Shown: positions 45,780 to 56,739, numbered from the stretch's first letter. The stretch: 64,000 nt of DNA from an uncultured Bacteroidales bacterium (GCA_949298955.1 CASFYQ010000006.1:111473-175472), one strand, 5' to 3'. Notes: generated by a model from the sequence alone, not told the origin. Numbers and translations are program-made.

Positions 45780-48005
45780 ATGAAAAACATGAAATCTGTA
45801 TGGAGTGCCATGCTTTTGTGTATCTCGGGTATGGTTGTGGCTCAAACTCCTGTTTATCTCGATGATACGCAACCGATTGAAGATAGGGTGGAAGATGCTC
45901 TCGCGCGTATGACGCTCGAAGAGAAAGTTGCCTTGTGTCATGCGCAATCGAAATTCAGTTCGCCGGGAGTGCCCCGTCTGGGTTTGCCCGAGAACTGGAT
46001 GACCGACGGCCCGCACGGCATACGGCCCGAGGTGGCTTGGGACGAGTGGTACCAGGCCGGTTGGACCAACGATTCGTGTATGGCTTTCCCCGCCCTTACC
46101 TGTCTGGCCGCTACGTGGAATCCCGATATGGCTCTCCTCTATGGTAAATCGATAGGCGAAGAGGCCCGTTATCGCAACAAGAACGTCTTGCTGGGGCCCG
46201 GGGTGAATATCTACCGCACGCCGCTGAACGGGCGCAATTTCGAGTATATGGGCGAGGATCCTTATCTGGCTTCCGAGATGGTTGTTCCTTATATCGAGGG
46301 GGTGCAGGCGTGTGGGGTGGCTGCCTGTGTGAAACATTTCGCCCTCAACAACCAGGAGTGCGACCGTCACCGGGTCGATGTCGATTTGAGCGATAGGGCG
46401 CTTTACGAAATCTATCTGCCGGCTTTCAAAGCGGCTGTGCAGCGCGGTAAGACATGGGCCATCATGGGTTCATACAACCTTTATAAAGGCCAGCACTGTT
46501 GCCATAATCAGATTCTGCTCAACCGTATTCTTCGCGACGAGTGGGGATTCGACGGTGTCGTCGTATCTGATTGGGGAGGTGTGTACAATACTCGCGAGGC
46601 CGCTTATAACGGTCTCGATATGGAGTTTGGCACCGGAACCGACGGCCTGTCGGTGAGCGCGAGCGATGCCTATAACCACTACTATCTGGCACAGCCTTTT
46701 CTCAACGAGGTGAAGGCCGGGAATATTCCCGAGTCGGTTCTCGATGGGAAGGTACGCAATATCTTGCGGCTCATGTTCCGCACGACGATGAATAGGAACC
46801 GCCCATATGGCTCGTTCAAGAATCCGGCACATGCCGAGGCTGCCCGACAAATTGCCGCCGAGGGTATTGTGCTGTTGCAGAATCGCGACCGGGTGCTGCC
46901 TATTCGGTTAGACAAAACCCGTAAAATACTGGTCGTGGGCGAGAATGCCATTAAGATGATGACCGTGGGAGGCGGCAGCTCGTCGTTGAAAGCCCGTTAT
47001 GAAATCTCTCCCTTAGATGGTCTGCGGGCGAGAGTAGGCGATGCTGCCGAGGTGATTTATGCCCGGGGTTATGTGGGTAATACCGATGGTTCCTATAACG
47101 GGGTTGTCTCGAAGGTAGACTTGTCGGAGTCCCGCTCGGCCGACGAACTGCTCGACGAGGCGGTGAGTCTGGCACGCGATGCCGATTATGTCATTTTCGT
47201 TGGCGGATTGAACAAGAACAGCCGTCAGGACTGCGAGGGGAAAGACCGGGAATCTTATGGCTTGCCCTACAATCAGGATCGGGTTATCGAGGCCTTGGCC
47301 CGGGTCAATCGTCGCACCGTGGTGGTGCTTGTCTCGGGCAACAGTGTTGCCATGCCTTGGGCCGATCGGGTTCCGGCTATCGTCGAGGGTTGGTATTGTG
47401 GTAGCGAGGCGGGCAATGCTTTGGCTTCGGTGTTGGTGGGTGATGTGAATCCGTCGGGCAAACTGCCCTTTACCATGTGTGAGCGGCTTGAAGACTATCA
47501 TGCCCATGCTCTTAACGACCCGCTGGTCTATCCGGGAGTCGGTTACAAGCAATTCTATAAAGACGATATTTTTGTGGGTTACCGCTGGAGCGACCTGCAA
47601 AAGAGCAATAAACCGCTCTTCTGCTTTGGTCACGGTTTGAGTTACACGACATTTGAGTATAGCCGGGTGACACTCGACCGCAAACAGATGACCGCTGCCG
47701 ATACGCTGCGGGTGCGGGTTACGGTGAAGAATACGGGTCGTCGTGCCGGGGCAGAGGTGGTGCAGCTCTATGTCTCCGACGCTGAATCGTCGTTGCCTCG
47801 TCCCTTGAAAGAACTGAAAGGGTTTGAGAAGGTAATGCTGCAACCGGGCGAAAGTCGTGAGGTGGAGTTTCTGCTCGACTGCACGAGCCTCTCTTATTTC
47901 GACGACACAAAGCACGAGTGGGTGGCCGAGCCGGGTCGCTTCGAGGTGCTCGTCGGGGCCTCGTCGGGCGATATTCGTTCCAAGGCCGGTTTTGAATTGA
48001 GGTAG
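45780..48005 (+). CDS. Glycoside hydrolase family 3 (beta-glucosidase/beta-xylosidase type), secreted
   Basis: Signal peptide. GH3 N-domain motifs (GPHGIR, KHFALNNQE, VVSDWGG). C-terminal FnIII-like domain. Confidence 0.92.
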   Translation: MKNMKSVWSAMLLCISGMVVAQTPVYLDDTQPIEDRVEDALARMTLEEKVALCHAQSKFSSPGVPRLGLPENWMTDGPHGIRPEVAWDEWYQAGWTNDSCMAFPALTCLAATWNPDMALLYGKSIGEEARYRNKNVLLGPGVNIYRTPLNGRNFEYMGEDPYLASEMVVPYIEGVQACGVAACVKHFALNNQECDRHRVDVDLSDRALYEIYLPAFKAAVQRGKTWAIMGSYNLYKGQHCCHNQILLNRILRDEWGFDGVVVSDWGGVYNTREAAYNGLDMEFGTGTDGLSVSASDAYNHYYLAQPFLNEVKAGNIPESVLDGKVRNILRLMFRTTMNRNRPYGSFKNPAHAEAARQIAAEGIVLLQNRDRVLPIRLDKTRKILVVGENAIKMMTVGGGSSSLKARYEISPLDGLRARVGDAAEVIYARGYVGNTDGSYNGVVSKVDLSESRSADELLDEAVSLARDADYVIFVGGLNKNSRQDCEGKDRESYGLPYNQDRVIEALARVNRRTVVVLVSGNSVAMPWADRVPAIVEGWYCGSEAGNALASVLVGDVNPSGKLPFTMCERLEDYHAHALNDPLVYPGVGYKQFYKDDIFVGYRWSDLQKSNKPLFCFGHGLSYTTFEYSRVTLDRKQMTAADTLRVRVTVKNTGRRAGAEVVQLYVSDAESSLPRPLKELKGFEKVMLQPGESREVEFLLDCTSLSYFDDTKHEWVAEPGRFEVLVGASSGDIRSKAGFELR

Positions 48006-48026
48006 TGTTTCTCCCATTATTACGCA

Positions 48027-48067
48027 AAAGGCGCCATTTCTCCTGAACAGGAGACGGCGCCTTTTGT
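48027..48067. terminator. Bidirectional hairpin terminator between the GH3 gene and the Crp/Fnr gene
   Basis: AAAAGGCGCC...GGCGCCTTTT outer stem with inner TCTCCTG/CAGGAGA. A-run and T-run on the two sides. Confidence 0.7.
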
Positions 48068-48097
48068 TATGATGTGTAAAAGATTGTGTATCGCGGG

Positions 48098-48799
48098 TTA
48101 TCCGAATTTGCTGATTTTGCGAAGCCGCTCTTCGTCGATAATCTGTATGCGGCGGCCGTCAACCGTGATAATCTTTTCGTTGGTAAAGCTCGATAGTGTG
48201 CGAATGGCATTCGAGGTTGTCATGTTCGACAAGTTGGCCAAGTCCTCGCGCGCCATGTAGATATTGAGGGTGAGTCCGTCTTCTTCAACACCGTAGTTTT
48301 CTTTGAGTACCAATAGCGACTCGGCCAACCGGCCTCGAATGTGTTTCTGCGTGAGGTTCACCGTGCGGGCGTCCGATATGCCCAAGTCGTTGGAAAGCTC
48401 TTTGATGAAAAACCAGGCCAAGCCATTGTTCTTGCGGATATGCTCTTCGACCAGCGGCATGGGCAGAAATCCTACGGCCGAGGTTTCGATGGCGGCGGCG
48501 GCGGTCACATAGGACTCGCGCGAGAAATAGGCCCGGTAGCCGAAATATTGAACCGGACGAATCAACCGGATAATTTGGCTGCGTCCACCCACACCGTCCT
48601 TGTAGATTTTCACTTTTCCTTTCAGCAAGCACATGAGTTGTGAGGGTGTTTCTCCTTCGCTGTATATGATTTCGTTCTTCTTGAAATTCTGTATCTTGAA
48701 ATTTTCGGCAATAATGCGTTTCTCCTCATTTTCGAGCAGCGCCCAAAAATCAGACATCTCTTCTTGCAGGATAGACTCTAATGTGCTTTTCTTGACCAT
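48098..48799 (-). CDS. Crp/Fnr family transcriptional regulator
   Basis: cNMP-binding beta-roll (GE...LLKGKVKIY) plus C-terminal HTH (REDLANLSNMTTSNAIRTLSSF). Confidence 0.88.
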   Translation of the reverse strand: MVKKSTLESILQEEMSDFWALLENEEKRIIAENFKIQNFKKNEIIYSEGETPSQLMCLLKGKVKIYKDGVGGRSQIIRLIRPVQYFGYRAYFSRESYVTAAAAIETSAVGFLPMPLVEEHIRKNNGLAWFFIKELSNDLGISDARTVNLTQKHIRGRLAESLLVLKENYGVEEDGLTLNIYMAREDLANLSNMTTSNAIRTLSSFTNEKIITVDGRRIQIIDEERLRKISKFG

Positions 48800-48966
48800 T
48801 TGCCTTATAACTATGTTTTACAGCACAAAAATAACTAAAAAATTGATATATTGTTTCTTAAAAGAGTAGAAATATCGGTTTTTTATAATAAGTCGCAGTT
48901 TGGAATGAGAAAAAATAAGGAGAGAGAATCATTTCTCCCTCCTTATGAGCTGTATAGCCGGAACTG

Positions 48967-49914
48967 TTACAGGTTGTTGTTGATGAGGTATCGCTCGGCA
49001 TCGATAGCCGCTTTGCAGCCCGAGGCCGCGGCCGTGATAGCCTGGCGGTAGCGGGGGTCGGCCACGTCGCCGGCAGCGAATACCCCGGGTATGTTGGTCT
49101 CGGTCGTGTAGGGTGCGGTGACAATGTAGCCGTTTTCGTCGAGGTCGATTGCTCCTTTGAAAATATCGGTATTGGGTTTGTGGCCGATAGCCAGGAAGAA
49201 ACCGTCGATAGCCAGGTCGTACCGCTCCTCATGGTCGGTGTCACGTCCTTTAACCAGATGCACGCCTTCCACGCCGTTCTCGCCGAACAGGCCTTCGGCC
49301 TGGGTCTCGAAGAGGATTTCGATGTTGGGATTTTCGGTGACACGTTGCTGCATGATGTTGGAGGCTCGCAGATAGTTCTTGCGTACAATCAGATAGACCT
49401 TCGAGGCGAGGTGGGAGAGGTATTCGGCCTCTTCGCAGGCGGTGTCGCCGCCGCCCACGACGGCTACAATCTTCTTGCGGTAGAAAAATCCGTCGCAGGT
49501 GGCGCAGGCCGATACACCCATGCCGGCATATTTGGCTTCGTCGGGGAGTCCCAGATATTTGGCCGAGGCTCCTGTCGAGATGATGACCGTGTCGGCCTCG
49601 ACAACCTTTTCACCTTCGATGGTGATGCGATAGGGTTTCGAGGAGAAATCGGCGGCGGTAGCGGTACCGCGGCGAATGTCGGTACCGAATCGGGTGGCCT
49701 GTTTTTTCAGGTCTTCCATCATGTCGAATCCCGATATACCTTCGGGATAACCGGGAAAGTTTTCTATTTCGCTGGTTGTCGTGAGTTGTCCACCGGGTTG
49801 CATGCCTTCGTAGAGAACCGGTGACAGATTGGCCCGCGAGGCATATATGGCTGCGGTGTAACCGGCCGGGCCGGAACCGATAATGAGACAACGGATTCGC
49901 TCGTTTTGTTCCAT
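48967..49914 (-). CDS. trxB: Thioredoxin-disulfide reductase
   Basis: GSGPAGYTAA FAD motif, redox-active CATCDG, GGGDTACEEA NADPH motif. Confidence 0.95.
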   Translation of the reverse strand: MEQNERIRCLIIGSGPAGYTAAIYASRANLSPVLYEGMQPGGQLTTTSEIENFPGYPEGISGFDMMEDLKKQATRFGTDIRRGTATAADFSSKPYRITIEGEKVVEADTVIISTGASAKYLGLPDEAKYAGMGVSACATCDGFFYRKKIVAVVGGGDTACEEAEYLSHLASKVYLIVRKNYLRASNIMQQRVTENPNIEILFETQAEGLFGENGVEGVHLVKGRDTDHEERYDLAIDGFFLAIGHKPNTDIFKGAIDLDENGYIVTAPYTTETNIPGVFAAGDVADPRYRQAITAAASGCKAAIDAERYLINNNL

Positions 49915-49942
49915 AGTTGTATTCTGTTTTAATGCTGAATAA

Positions 49943-50587
49943 TTAGCGTAAATCAATGATTTCGGCTTGGGGATACTGCTTTTTGTCGAAAACGAATGTC
50001 GATTCGGGAAAGTTTTGTCCCGTGACATATTTCGACAAGACAATCGTGCTGCTTGTGCGGTCGCTGTATTGAATCAGAAACGACTTGGGGGTCCAGGTTG
50101 CGGCATCGATGGTGATGACCACGCGCTCGATGGCCGTATCTTTTTTCTTGGGGGTGAGTTCGGCGGTGCGCTCCTGGCTGCTTTTTGATTTCAGAGCCTT
50201 GACGTCGAAATTTTTCTTATAAGAATTAATAAGGATATAGGGATTGACTGCGGCAATTTCGTCGGGGGTAGGCTCGGTGAGGTTCACCTCGTCGGTTGCT
50301 TTCACATAGGCCCATTGCAGCCGGCCGTTGTACCACACGGTCATGGTCGGGGTGGACCAGTAGAATTTGTTGCCTGCGAGTTTTATCGTACCGTTTTGTT
50401 TGTCTATTGGTTCGTTTAGGGCATTCGAAGCGGTCAGAGTAAACGAGGCTTCGATGTGGCCCGAGCGGCGGAAATTTTCCACTACCTTGTCCAGTGCGGC
50501 GGCACCGGTTTGCGCACAAGCTGTCTCGGTTCCTGCCAAGAGGAAGAGCACAGCGCAGAAAAGAGAGAGAATGCGGTTTGTATTCAT
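49943..50587 (-). CDS. LolA-like outer membrane lipoprotein carrier family protein
   Basis: Signal peptide, about 210 aa, and position between ftsK and trxB as in other Bacteroidales. 4-nt overlap with the ftsK stop. Confidence 0.72.
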   Translation of the reverse strand: MNTNRILSLFCAVLFLLAGTETACAQTGAAALDKVVENFRRSGHIEASFTLTASNALNEPIDKQNGTIKLAGNKFYWSTPTMTVWYNGRLQWAYVKATDEVNLTEPTPDEIAAVNPYILINSYKKNFDVKALKSKSSQERTAELTPKKKDTAIERVVITIDAATWTPKSFLIQYSDRTSSTIVLSKYVTGQNFPESTFVFDKKQYPQAEIIDLR

Positions 50588-53100
50588 TTCATTAATTCCA
50601 GTTTGTTTTCAAGAGCCATAATATCTGAGATTAAGACCTGACGGGGTTTTCCGCCCTCGCTCGGGCCCACGATGCCGGCTGCTTCAAGTTGGTCCATCAC
50701 CCTGCCGGCGCGGTTGTACCCGATGGAGTACCGCCGTTGTAGCGAGGAGGTAGAAGCCTGTCCCGAGACAACAATCATTTTTGCGGCCTCTTCGAACAGC
50801 GGGTCGCGATTGCTTATGTCGGCGGGGCCACCCGCATCGCTGTCGGCGTTTTTGTATTCGGGCAGTTCGTAAGCTTCGGGGTAGCCCTGTTGCTTGCTGA
50901 TGTATTCGCAGATGCGTTTTACCTCGGGGGTATCGATAAAGGCACATTGGATACGCTTCAATTCGCCGCCTTCGGTAAAGAGCATATCGCCTCGGCCGAT
51001 GAGCTGGTTGGCTCCCGGAGCGTCGAGAATGGTGCGCGAGTCGACCATCTGCATCACACGGAAAGCGATACGGGCGGGGAAATTGGCCTTGATGTTACCC
51101 GTGATGACCGTCGTCGACGGACGCTGGGTGGCGATAATCATGTGGATACCCACGGCCCGGGCCTTTTGGGCGATACGGGCGATAGGCATCTCGACATCGC
51201 GTCCGGCCATCATGATGAGGTCGGCAAACTCGTCGATGACAACCACGATATAGGGCATGAACTTGTGACCGTTGTTGGGGTTAAGCCGGCGGTGTATAAA
51301 CTCGTCGTTATACTCCTTGATGGTTCTCACGTTGGCCTTGGCCAGCAGGGCGTAGCGGTTGTCCATCTCGATGCAGAGCGAGTTGAGGGTGGCGATTACC
51401 TTGTCGCTGTCGGTGATGACCGCCTTCTCGGCATCGGGCAGTTTGGCCATGAAGTGGCGTTCGATGACCGAGTAGATGCTGAACTCGACCATTTTGGGGT
51501 CGACCAGCACGAATTTGAGTTGTGCCGGGTGTTTCTTGTAGAGCAGCGAGGTGATGATGGCGTTGAGTCCTACCGACTTGCCCTGGCCGGTGGCACCGGC
51601 TACCAGTATGTGGGGCATCTTGCACAGGTCGGCGATGTACACCTCGTTGGTGATGCTCTTGCCCAGTGCCAGCGGCAGGTCGTATTTGCACTCCTGGAAC
51701 TTGCGTGAAGCGAGTACCGAGTACATCGATACCATCTTGGGTTCTTTGTTGGGCACCTCGATACCCACGGTTCCTTTGCCGGGAATGGGGGCGATGATGC
51801 GGATTCCCAATGCCGAAAGGCTGAGGGCGATATCGTTCTCGAGGCTCTTGATGCGGGCGATTCTCACACCTGCCTCGGGTTTGATTTCGTAGAGGGTGAC
51901 GGTGGGGCCCACGGTCGCCGTGATGGAACTGATACCGATGTTGTAGTTTTTCAACGTCTCGGTGATGAGCTTTTTGTTGGCAGCCTGCTCCTCCATGTTA
52001 ATCTCCACCTCGCTGCTCTCGCGTTTGTCGAGCAAGTCGAAAGTAGGCCGTTTGTAGTGCGAGAGATCTTTGGTGGGATCATAGTCTTCGAGGGGTGCCT
52101 CTTGGGTGGCCAGCTCTTCGGTCTCGGCCGTCTCGATGACAAACGAAGGATCGCCCGTGTCGATGGTCATTCGCCTGGTTTCCTCCGGGTCGTGGGGCGT
52201 ATTCTCCTGAATTTCCTCGGGGGTGGGCAGCGGCTCTACACAATCGTCGGGATAGGTGTCGTCTATTTCTTTGTCCGGTACATTGTCGGGCTCTTCGGCC
52301 GGAGTCTCGGCTGTGGGAGTTTGCTCTTCGGCCTCGGCTTCTTCGGCATTCTCTTCCTCGTTGTCCGAGTTTTCAGAACTGTCGTCGTCAATGCCTGCCG
52401 TAGTTTGGGCCGCTTTTCCCCGGATAGCCTGTATGGCTTTGCCGGTGAGATTGATAGATGAGACTCGGCGTATGTAGTCGATGGTCTTGTAGCTCAAATG
52501 GACCAGCAAGATGATGGCAAGAGCCGCGATAAACAAGGCCGTGCCCCAAGGGCCTATCCAAGCGTTGAGCCATAGTGTGGCATAGTAGCCGTGATACCCG
52601 CCCAGATAGAGAAAAGTATTGTTGTAGCTGTGCAGGAAGATGAACCCGAAGAAGAGCGAGAGCACGATAATCGAGAGCGCGCAGCTGATGGTGAACCGTA
52701 TCAGGCGAGCATGCGACACTTTGATGAGCTTGCGCCCCACCACATAGAGCCACAGGGCTACGATAAAGGACGAAATGCCCATCCAGCGGTTGATCATGAG
52801 ATTGGAAAGGTAGGCTCCGAATGCCCCTGTCCAGTTCTGTATGTCATTGCTTATCGACGAAAGTTCGCCCACCGAGAGATTCTCGACTTTACTTTGGTCG
52901 GCACTTCCTGTGAAGAAGAATGAAATGAGCGAGACAGTGAAATAAATCGAAAAGATGATGAGAACGATTCCGATGATGAAATTCACACGTTCGTTTCGAA
53001 ACAAACCTTTGCGGTTTTTTGTCTCCTGTACCGATTCTTCGGGCACTCCGATTTCTTGTGGAGCGGGCTGTATCGTAGCTTTTTCCTGAGTCTTAGACAT
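50584..53100 (-). CDS. ftsK: DNA translocase FtsK
   Basis: N-terminal multi-TM domain, acidic linker, motor domain (GATGQGKS Walker A, VVVIDEFADL Walker B), C-terminal gamma/winged-helix domain. Confidence 0.93.
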   Translation of the reverse strand: MSKTQEKATIQPAPQEIGVPEESVQETKNRKGLFRNERVNFIIGIVLIIFSIYFTVSLISFFFTGSADQSKVENLSVGELSSISNDIQNWTGAFGAYLSNLMINRWMGISSFIVALWLYVVGRKLIKVSHARLIRFTISCALSIIVLSLFFGFIFLHSYNNTFLYLGGYHGYYATLWLNAWIGPWGTALFIAALAIILLVHLSYKTIDYIRRVSSINLTGKAIQAIRGKAAQTTAGIDDDSSENSDNEEENAEEAEAEEQTPTAETPAEEPDNVPDKEIDDTYPDDCVEPLPTPEEIQENTPHDPEETRRMTIDTGDPSFVIETAETEELATQEAPLEDYDPTKDLSHYKRPTFDLLDKRESSEVEINMEEQAANKKLITETLKNYNIGISSITATVGPTVTLYEIKPEAGVRIARIKSLENDIALSLSALGIRIIAPIPGKGTVGIEVPNKEPKMVSMYSVLASRKFQECKYDLPLALGKSITNEVYIADLCKMPHILVAGATGQGKSVGLNAIITSLLYKKHPAQLKFVLVDPKMVEFSIYSVIERHFMAKLPDAEKAVITDSDKVIATLNSLCIEMDNRYALLAKANVRTIKEYNDEFIHRRLNPNNGHKFMPYIVVVIDEFADLIMMAGRDVEMPIARIAQKARAVGIHMIIATQRPSTTVITGNIKANFPARIAFRVMQMVDSRTILDAPGANQLIGRGDMLFTEGGELKRIQCAFIDTPEVKRICEYISKQQGYPEAYELPEYKNADSDAGGPADISNRDPLFEEAAKMIVVSGQASTSSLQRRYSIGYNRAGRVMDQLEAAGIVGPSEGGKPRQVLISDIMALENKLELMK

Positions 53101-53434
53101 ATTTGAAAATCCTGTAACAATAAGTTTGAAGATGGTGGAAGACAAGGATATAAAGTTAAGGGCACCTGAACTTTTTGTCGACCCATCTTTTGTTTTCACA
53201 TTATGCAAAGATAGTGAAACCTGTTGAAATGCGGGGCAGGTTGAGGAAGAATAATGCGGTAAAATCATTCGGCGTTCAGATTAAATAGAAATCGTTTCCA
53301 TATATTTTCTTTTTTTTGCTGCAAAATTGCGCATCTATCTATGCGAGAATATGGCATAGGCTGCCGAAATGAAATCTTTCTTCGACAAGGAAATATCGGT
53401 TGTGAGACAGCTCTCTCTCGAGAGTTTCTGATAT

Positions 53435-53475
53435 AAACAAGGCCGGGACTTGTTTATGTCGCCCCGGCCTTGTTT
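53435..53475 (-). terminator. Probable terminator downstream of the oxidoreductase gene
   Basis: AAACAAGGCCGGG / CCCGGCCTTGTTT 13-bp stem. T-rich on the minus strand after the stem. Confidence 0.55.
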
Positions 53476-53500
53476 GTGTGGTTATGTAAAGAGAGGGTGT

Positions 53501-54886
53501 TCAGATGCTTACTTTGCGGTCATGCAAGCGGCTCTCTTCGGCTTTGAAGCCCATGATGTGGCTTTCGACCGAGACGTCGATGGCGCTCGACAGATAGCTG
53601 TGGTCGTTGTTGCCCACGGCATTGATAAAGTCGCGTACCAGGCACAAGTCGCCTCCGCCGTGGCCGTGCCCTACATAGCTTTTGACCTCTTCTACCCGGG
53701 CGTCCCATATACGTTGTTTGCCGCTTCGGAAATCGGTTACCGTGAAAGTGCTCATGTCGCCCACGATTTCACCTCGTGTTCCCATAATCTGGGTTCTTCT
53801 TCCTCCTTTGGCCATGAAAGCTTCCATCGAGAAATTGGCTGTTACTCCGTTTTCAAACTCCATGCTCGTCACATAGTGGTCACACTGGTCGTTGTCCATT
53901 TGGAATACGCATCGTCCGTAGTTGGTCGTGCGCAATATCTGTCGAATGGCATCGTCTTGCAGGCTGCGTTCCTTGGGCAAATCGAAGGCATAGATATGTT
54001 TCCGTTTCTTGATGTATATGTCTAAGGCCGAGTAGGGGCATTCGCTTTCGTAGGGGCAGTTGTCGATACAACGTTCGGCGGCACCCCGAGGCATGTTTTC
54101 GCGTTTGAAATAGGTGAGCGACCCATAGGCCGATATAGATCGGCAGGGCGAGCCGACCAGCCATCTGATGATGTCGAGGTCGTGGCACGACTTGGCCAGG
54201 ATAATGGGGGTAGTCTCTTTGGAATTGTGCCAGTTACCCCGCACAAAGGAGTGGGCCATGTGTCCATATTGTATAGGCTCGAGATGCTGTATGCTGATGA
54301 GTCGGCCGATTTCGCCCGAGTCGATAATCTCTTTGAGGGCGATGAAATAGGGGGCATAGCGCAGCACATGGCACACCCCCACGAAAGCATTCTTGCGCAG
54401 GGCCAGGTCGAGTATGTCGGTACACTCTTTTTCGGTGGGAGCGATGGGTTTTTCGAGTAGAATGTGATACCCCATCGAGAGAGCTTTCATGCAAGGCTCG
54501 TAGTGTAGGTTGTCGGGCAGGCTGAGGACTATGGCATCGGCCATTTTAGGCCTGTCGAGAGCCTCTTTCCAATCGGTGAAACGGTTCTCTTGGGGCACAT
54601 CGTGTTCGTTGCTCATGTTTTCCAGCCGCAGGCGGTTGGTGTCGGCTACCCCCACGATTTTCATGCAGTCGGGGTAACGTTGGGCATATCCGGCATACAC
54701 ATTTCCCCGATTCCCGGCTCCGAGAACGAGAAACGTGACGGGCTTCTTTACCGAGGCTTTCAAATCTTTTATATGAGCTTCTATGCGTGACTTGTTGTCC
54801 GATTTCCCATTGGCCAAAATAGAGGGGGCAAATGCTGCACCGAGGGCCGTAGCTCCCATGATTTTTAGAAATTCCGAGCGTTTCAT
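53501..54886 (-). CDS. Gfo/Idh/MocA family oxidoreductase with a Tat-like signal (GH109-like architecture)
   Basis: N-terminal MKRSEFLKIMGATALGAAFA. Rossmann motif LVLGAGNRG. The ATG at 54907 is an alternative start. Confidence 0.88.
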   Translation of the reverse strand: MKRSEFLKIMGATALGAAFAPSILANGKSDNKSRIEAHIKDLKASVKKPVTFLVLGAGNRGNVYAGYAQRYPDCMKIVGVADTNRLRLENMSNEHDVPQENRFTDWKEALDRPKMADAIVLSLPDNLHYEPCMKALSMGYHILLEKPIAPTEKECTDILDLALRKNAFVGVCHVLRYAPYFIALKEIIDSGEIGRLISIQHLEPIQYGHMAHSFVRGNWHNSKETTPIILAKSCHDLDIIRWLVGSPCRSISAYGSLTYFKRENMPRGAAERCIDNCPYESECPYSALDIYIKKRKHIYAFDLPKERSLQDDAIRQILRTTNYGRCVFQMDNDQCDHYVTSMEFENGVTANFSMEAFMAKGGRRTQIMGTRGEIVGDMSTFTVTDFRSGKQRIWDARVEEVKSYVGHGHGGGDLCLVRDFINAVGNNDHSYLSSAIDVSVESHIMGFKAEESRLHDRKVSI

Positions 54887-55081
54887 GATTTTTAGATTTG
54901 TGTCCAAAAGTTTCTGCGAATATAGAAAAAATAAAAATATGAAACAATCTATTTTGTTTTTATTTTCGATTCATGTATATTTTGTTTCTTTTTTATTCTT
55001 AAAATGATTTTCTAAATTTTGTCAGAACCGTTTGGGAAAAGAAAATGAATCGCTATATTTACTTATTGAAAACAAAGATTC

Positions 55082-55624
55082 ATGGCGCAAAACGAAGATT
55101 GGCATAAAATCGTGGCAAAGCCGCTGAAAAAGGAGGAGATGACGGTTGCCGTGGCCGAATTGTTGCAGTGGAACCCGAGTCTCGATGTTGTGATGGATAT
55201 GGCATTGGGGCAGGGAGCCGAAGCCTTTCGGGCATCGCGCTGTGTCGCTATTGTCTACGAGCAGGACAGGAGTCTCTTTCTGGATTATCTTCGTCGCTTC
55301 GTATCCGATTTCGGCCGGGTGACCCAGCAAGGTGTACGGCGCATATACGGCAGCCTCATGCTGCATCTGTTGGAGCGAGACGAATATCGGCCCGATAGCG
55401 ATGAGGCCGAGCGGCTGGCCGAGGTGGTTTGCGCTTGGAGTATCGAGCCGGGAGTGAAGATGTCGAATCTGTTGTGGACGCTTGCGATTCTCTCTCATTT
55501 GTCGCGGCAGGTCGAGTGGGCGGGCGATATGGTGCAGCAGATTGCAGACCTGAACGAAACGGATTGTTCGCCCGGCATGAGAGTTTTGCTCAGACGGATA
55601 CATAAATCATTTAAAATAGCTTAA
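55082..55624 (+). CDS. Hypothetical all-helical protein (180 aa)
   Basis: An ORF with good coding appearance and no motif I can name. Confidence 0.55.
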   Translation: MAQNEDWHKIVAKPLKKEEMTVAVAELLQWNPSLDVVMDMALGQGAEAFRASRCVAIVYEQDRSLFLDYLRRFVSDFGRVTQQGVRRIYGSLMLHLLERDEYRPDSDEAERLAEVVCAWSIEPGVKMSNLLWTLAILSHLSRQVEWAGDMVQQIADLNETDCSPGMRVLLRRIHKSFKIA

Positions 55625-55701
55625 ATGTATTTTATTCGCCGCGAGAACCTGTTGTTATGATTACATTTGTAAAGAAAACCTGTGGTAAAAGGAGGTTTGA
55701 T

Positions 55702-56739
55702 ATGAGAAAATGGTTGTTTTTTATCGTTATGGTTTCCCTGTCGCTGACGGGTTGCCGGTCGGTATCGGTTCTCTCGTTCGACGTGTGGAGACCGGCCAAG
55801 GTGACCTTTCCGCCTACCATCGAGCGGGTGACGGTTGTGAACAATTCGGCAGAACCCGATGAAAAGGCGGGAAACAGATATAAAGATATTTCGGGGCAGG
55901 AGTATACGTTGGTCGTCCCGCACGACAGCACCACTTATCGGTTGGCCGAGTGTATAGCTGTCGATTTGGCCGATGCCCATTATTTCCCCGAGATTACGAT
56001 TTTCTACGATGATTCTATTACCTTGCCCAAGAATATTTATCCGTTGTTGACCGACAGCCAGCTGACGACGATACGGGGAGGAGCCGACCGCACGGCGGTT
56101 GTCTCGCTCGATCGCACCGACATGGTCGTGAATATGGCGGATCAGACTCTGCAAGGGGCTTCGGGCGAGACGGTTTTTGCAACGGATCTCTCGGTGGCTA
56201 CCTCCTTGTGTGTACGGGTTTACTGGCCCGATAGTCTCGAGCCTTCCACGCAACTGGTTGCCGATACTATCTATTGGCAGGCTTTCGGCTATACGCCCGA
56301 CGAGGCACATGGCTCGTTGCCCCAGACATCGGCTTTTATTCAAGAAGCGATGTATCACGTGGCAAGGCGGTTGCGCAACTTGTTTATCCCTCATGTCGAC
56401 AATGTAGAACGTTATATTTACACCTCGACCGAACCGGCCATGGGCGATGCCTACGATTTTTGGCAACAGAAGAAATTCAAGGAAGCTTCGTATCTATGGG
56501 AATATGTTTATGAGGAACAGAAGAACCGGACTCGTCGTGCCATGGCTGCTGCCAATTTGGCTGTCTATAACGAGCTGTTCGACCGTTACGACGAGGCGCT
56601 CGAGTGGGTGGAGAAATCGCTTGCGCTTTTCCAGCAGAAAGCGGACGAAGAGAACCCCGATGTCGCCATGTTGAAGGAGTATCGGCGGCAACTGCTCGAA
56701 CGGAAAACCGATAACTCGACCCTGCAACAGCAGATGTAG
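55702..56739 (+). CDS. Lipoprotein with a C-terminal TPR-like helical region
   Basis: Lipobox ...VSLSLTGC. The C-terminal ~110 aa have a TPR-like pattern (ASYLWEYVY..., AAANLAVYNELFDRYDEALEWVEKSL). Confidence 0.72.
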   Translation: MRKWLFFIVMVSLSLTGCRSVSVLSFDVWRPAKVTFPPTIERVTVVNNSAEPDEKAGNRYKDISGQEYTLVVPHDSTTYRLAECIAVDLADAHYFPEITIFYDDSITLPKNIYPLLTDSQLTTIRGGADRTAVVSLDRTDMVVNMADQTLQGASGETVFATDLSVATSLCVRVYWPDSLEPSTQLVADTIYWQAFGYTPDEAHGSLPQTSAFIQEAMYHVARRLRNLFIPHVDNVERYIYTSTEPAMGDAYDFWQQKKFKEASYLWEYVYEEQKNRTRRAMAAANLAVYNELFDRYDEALEWVEKSLALFQQKADEENPDVAMLKEYRRQLLERKTDNSTLQQQM

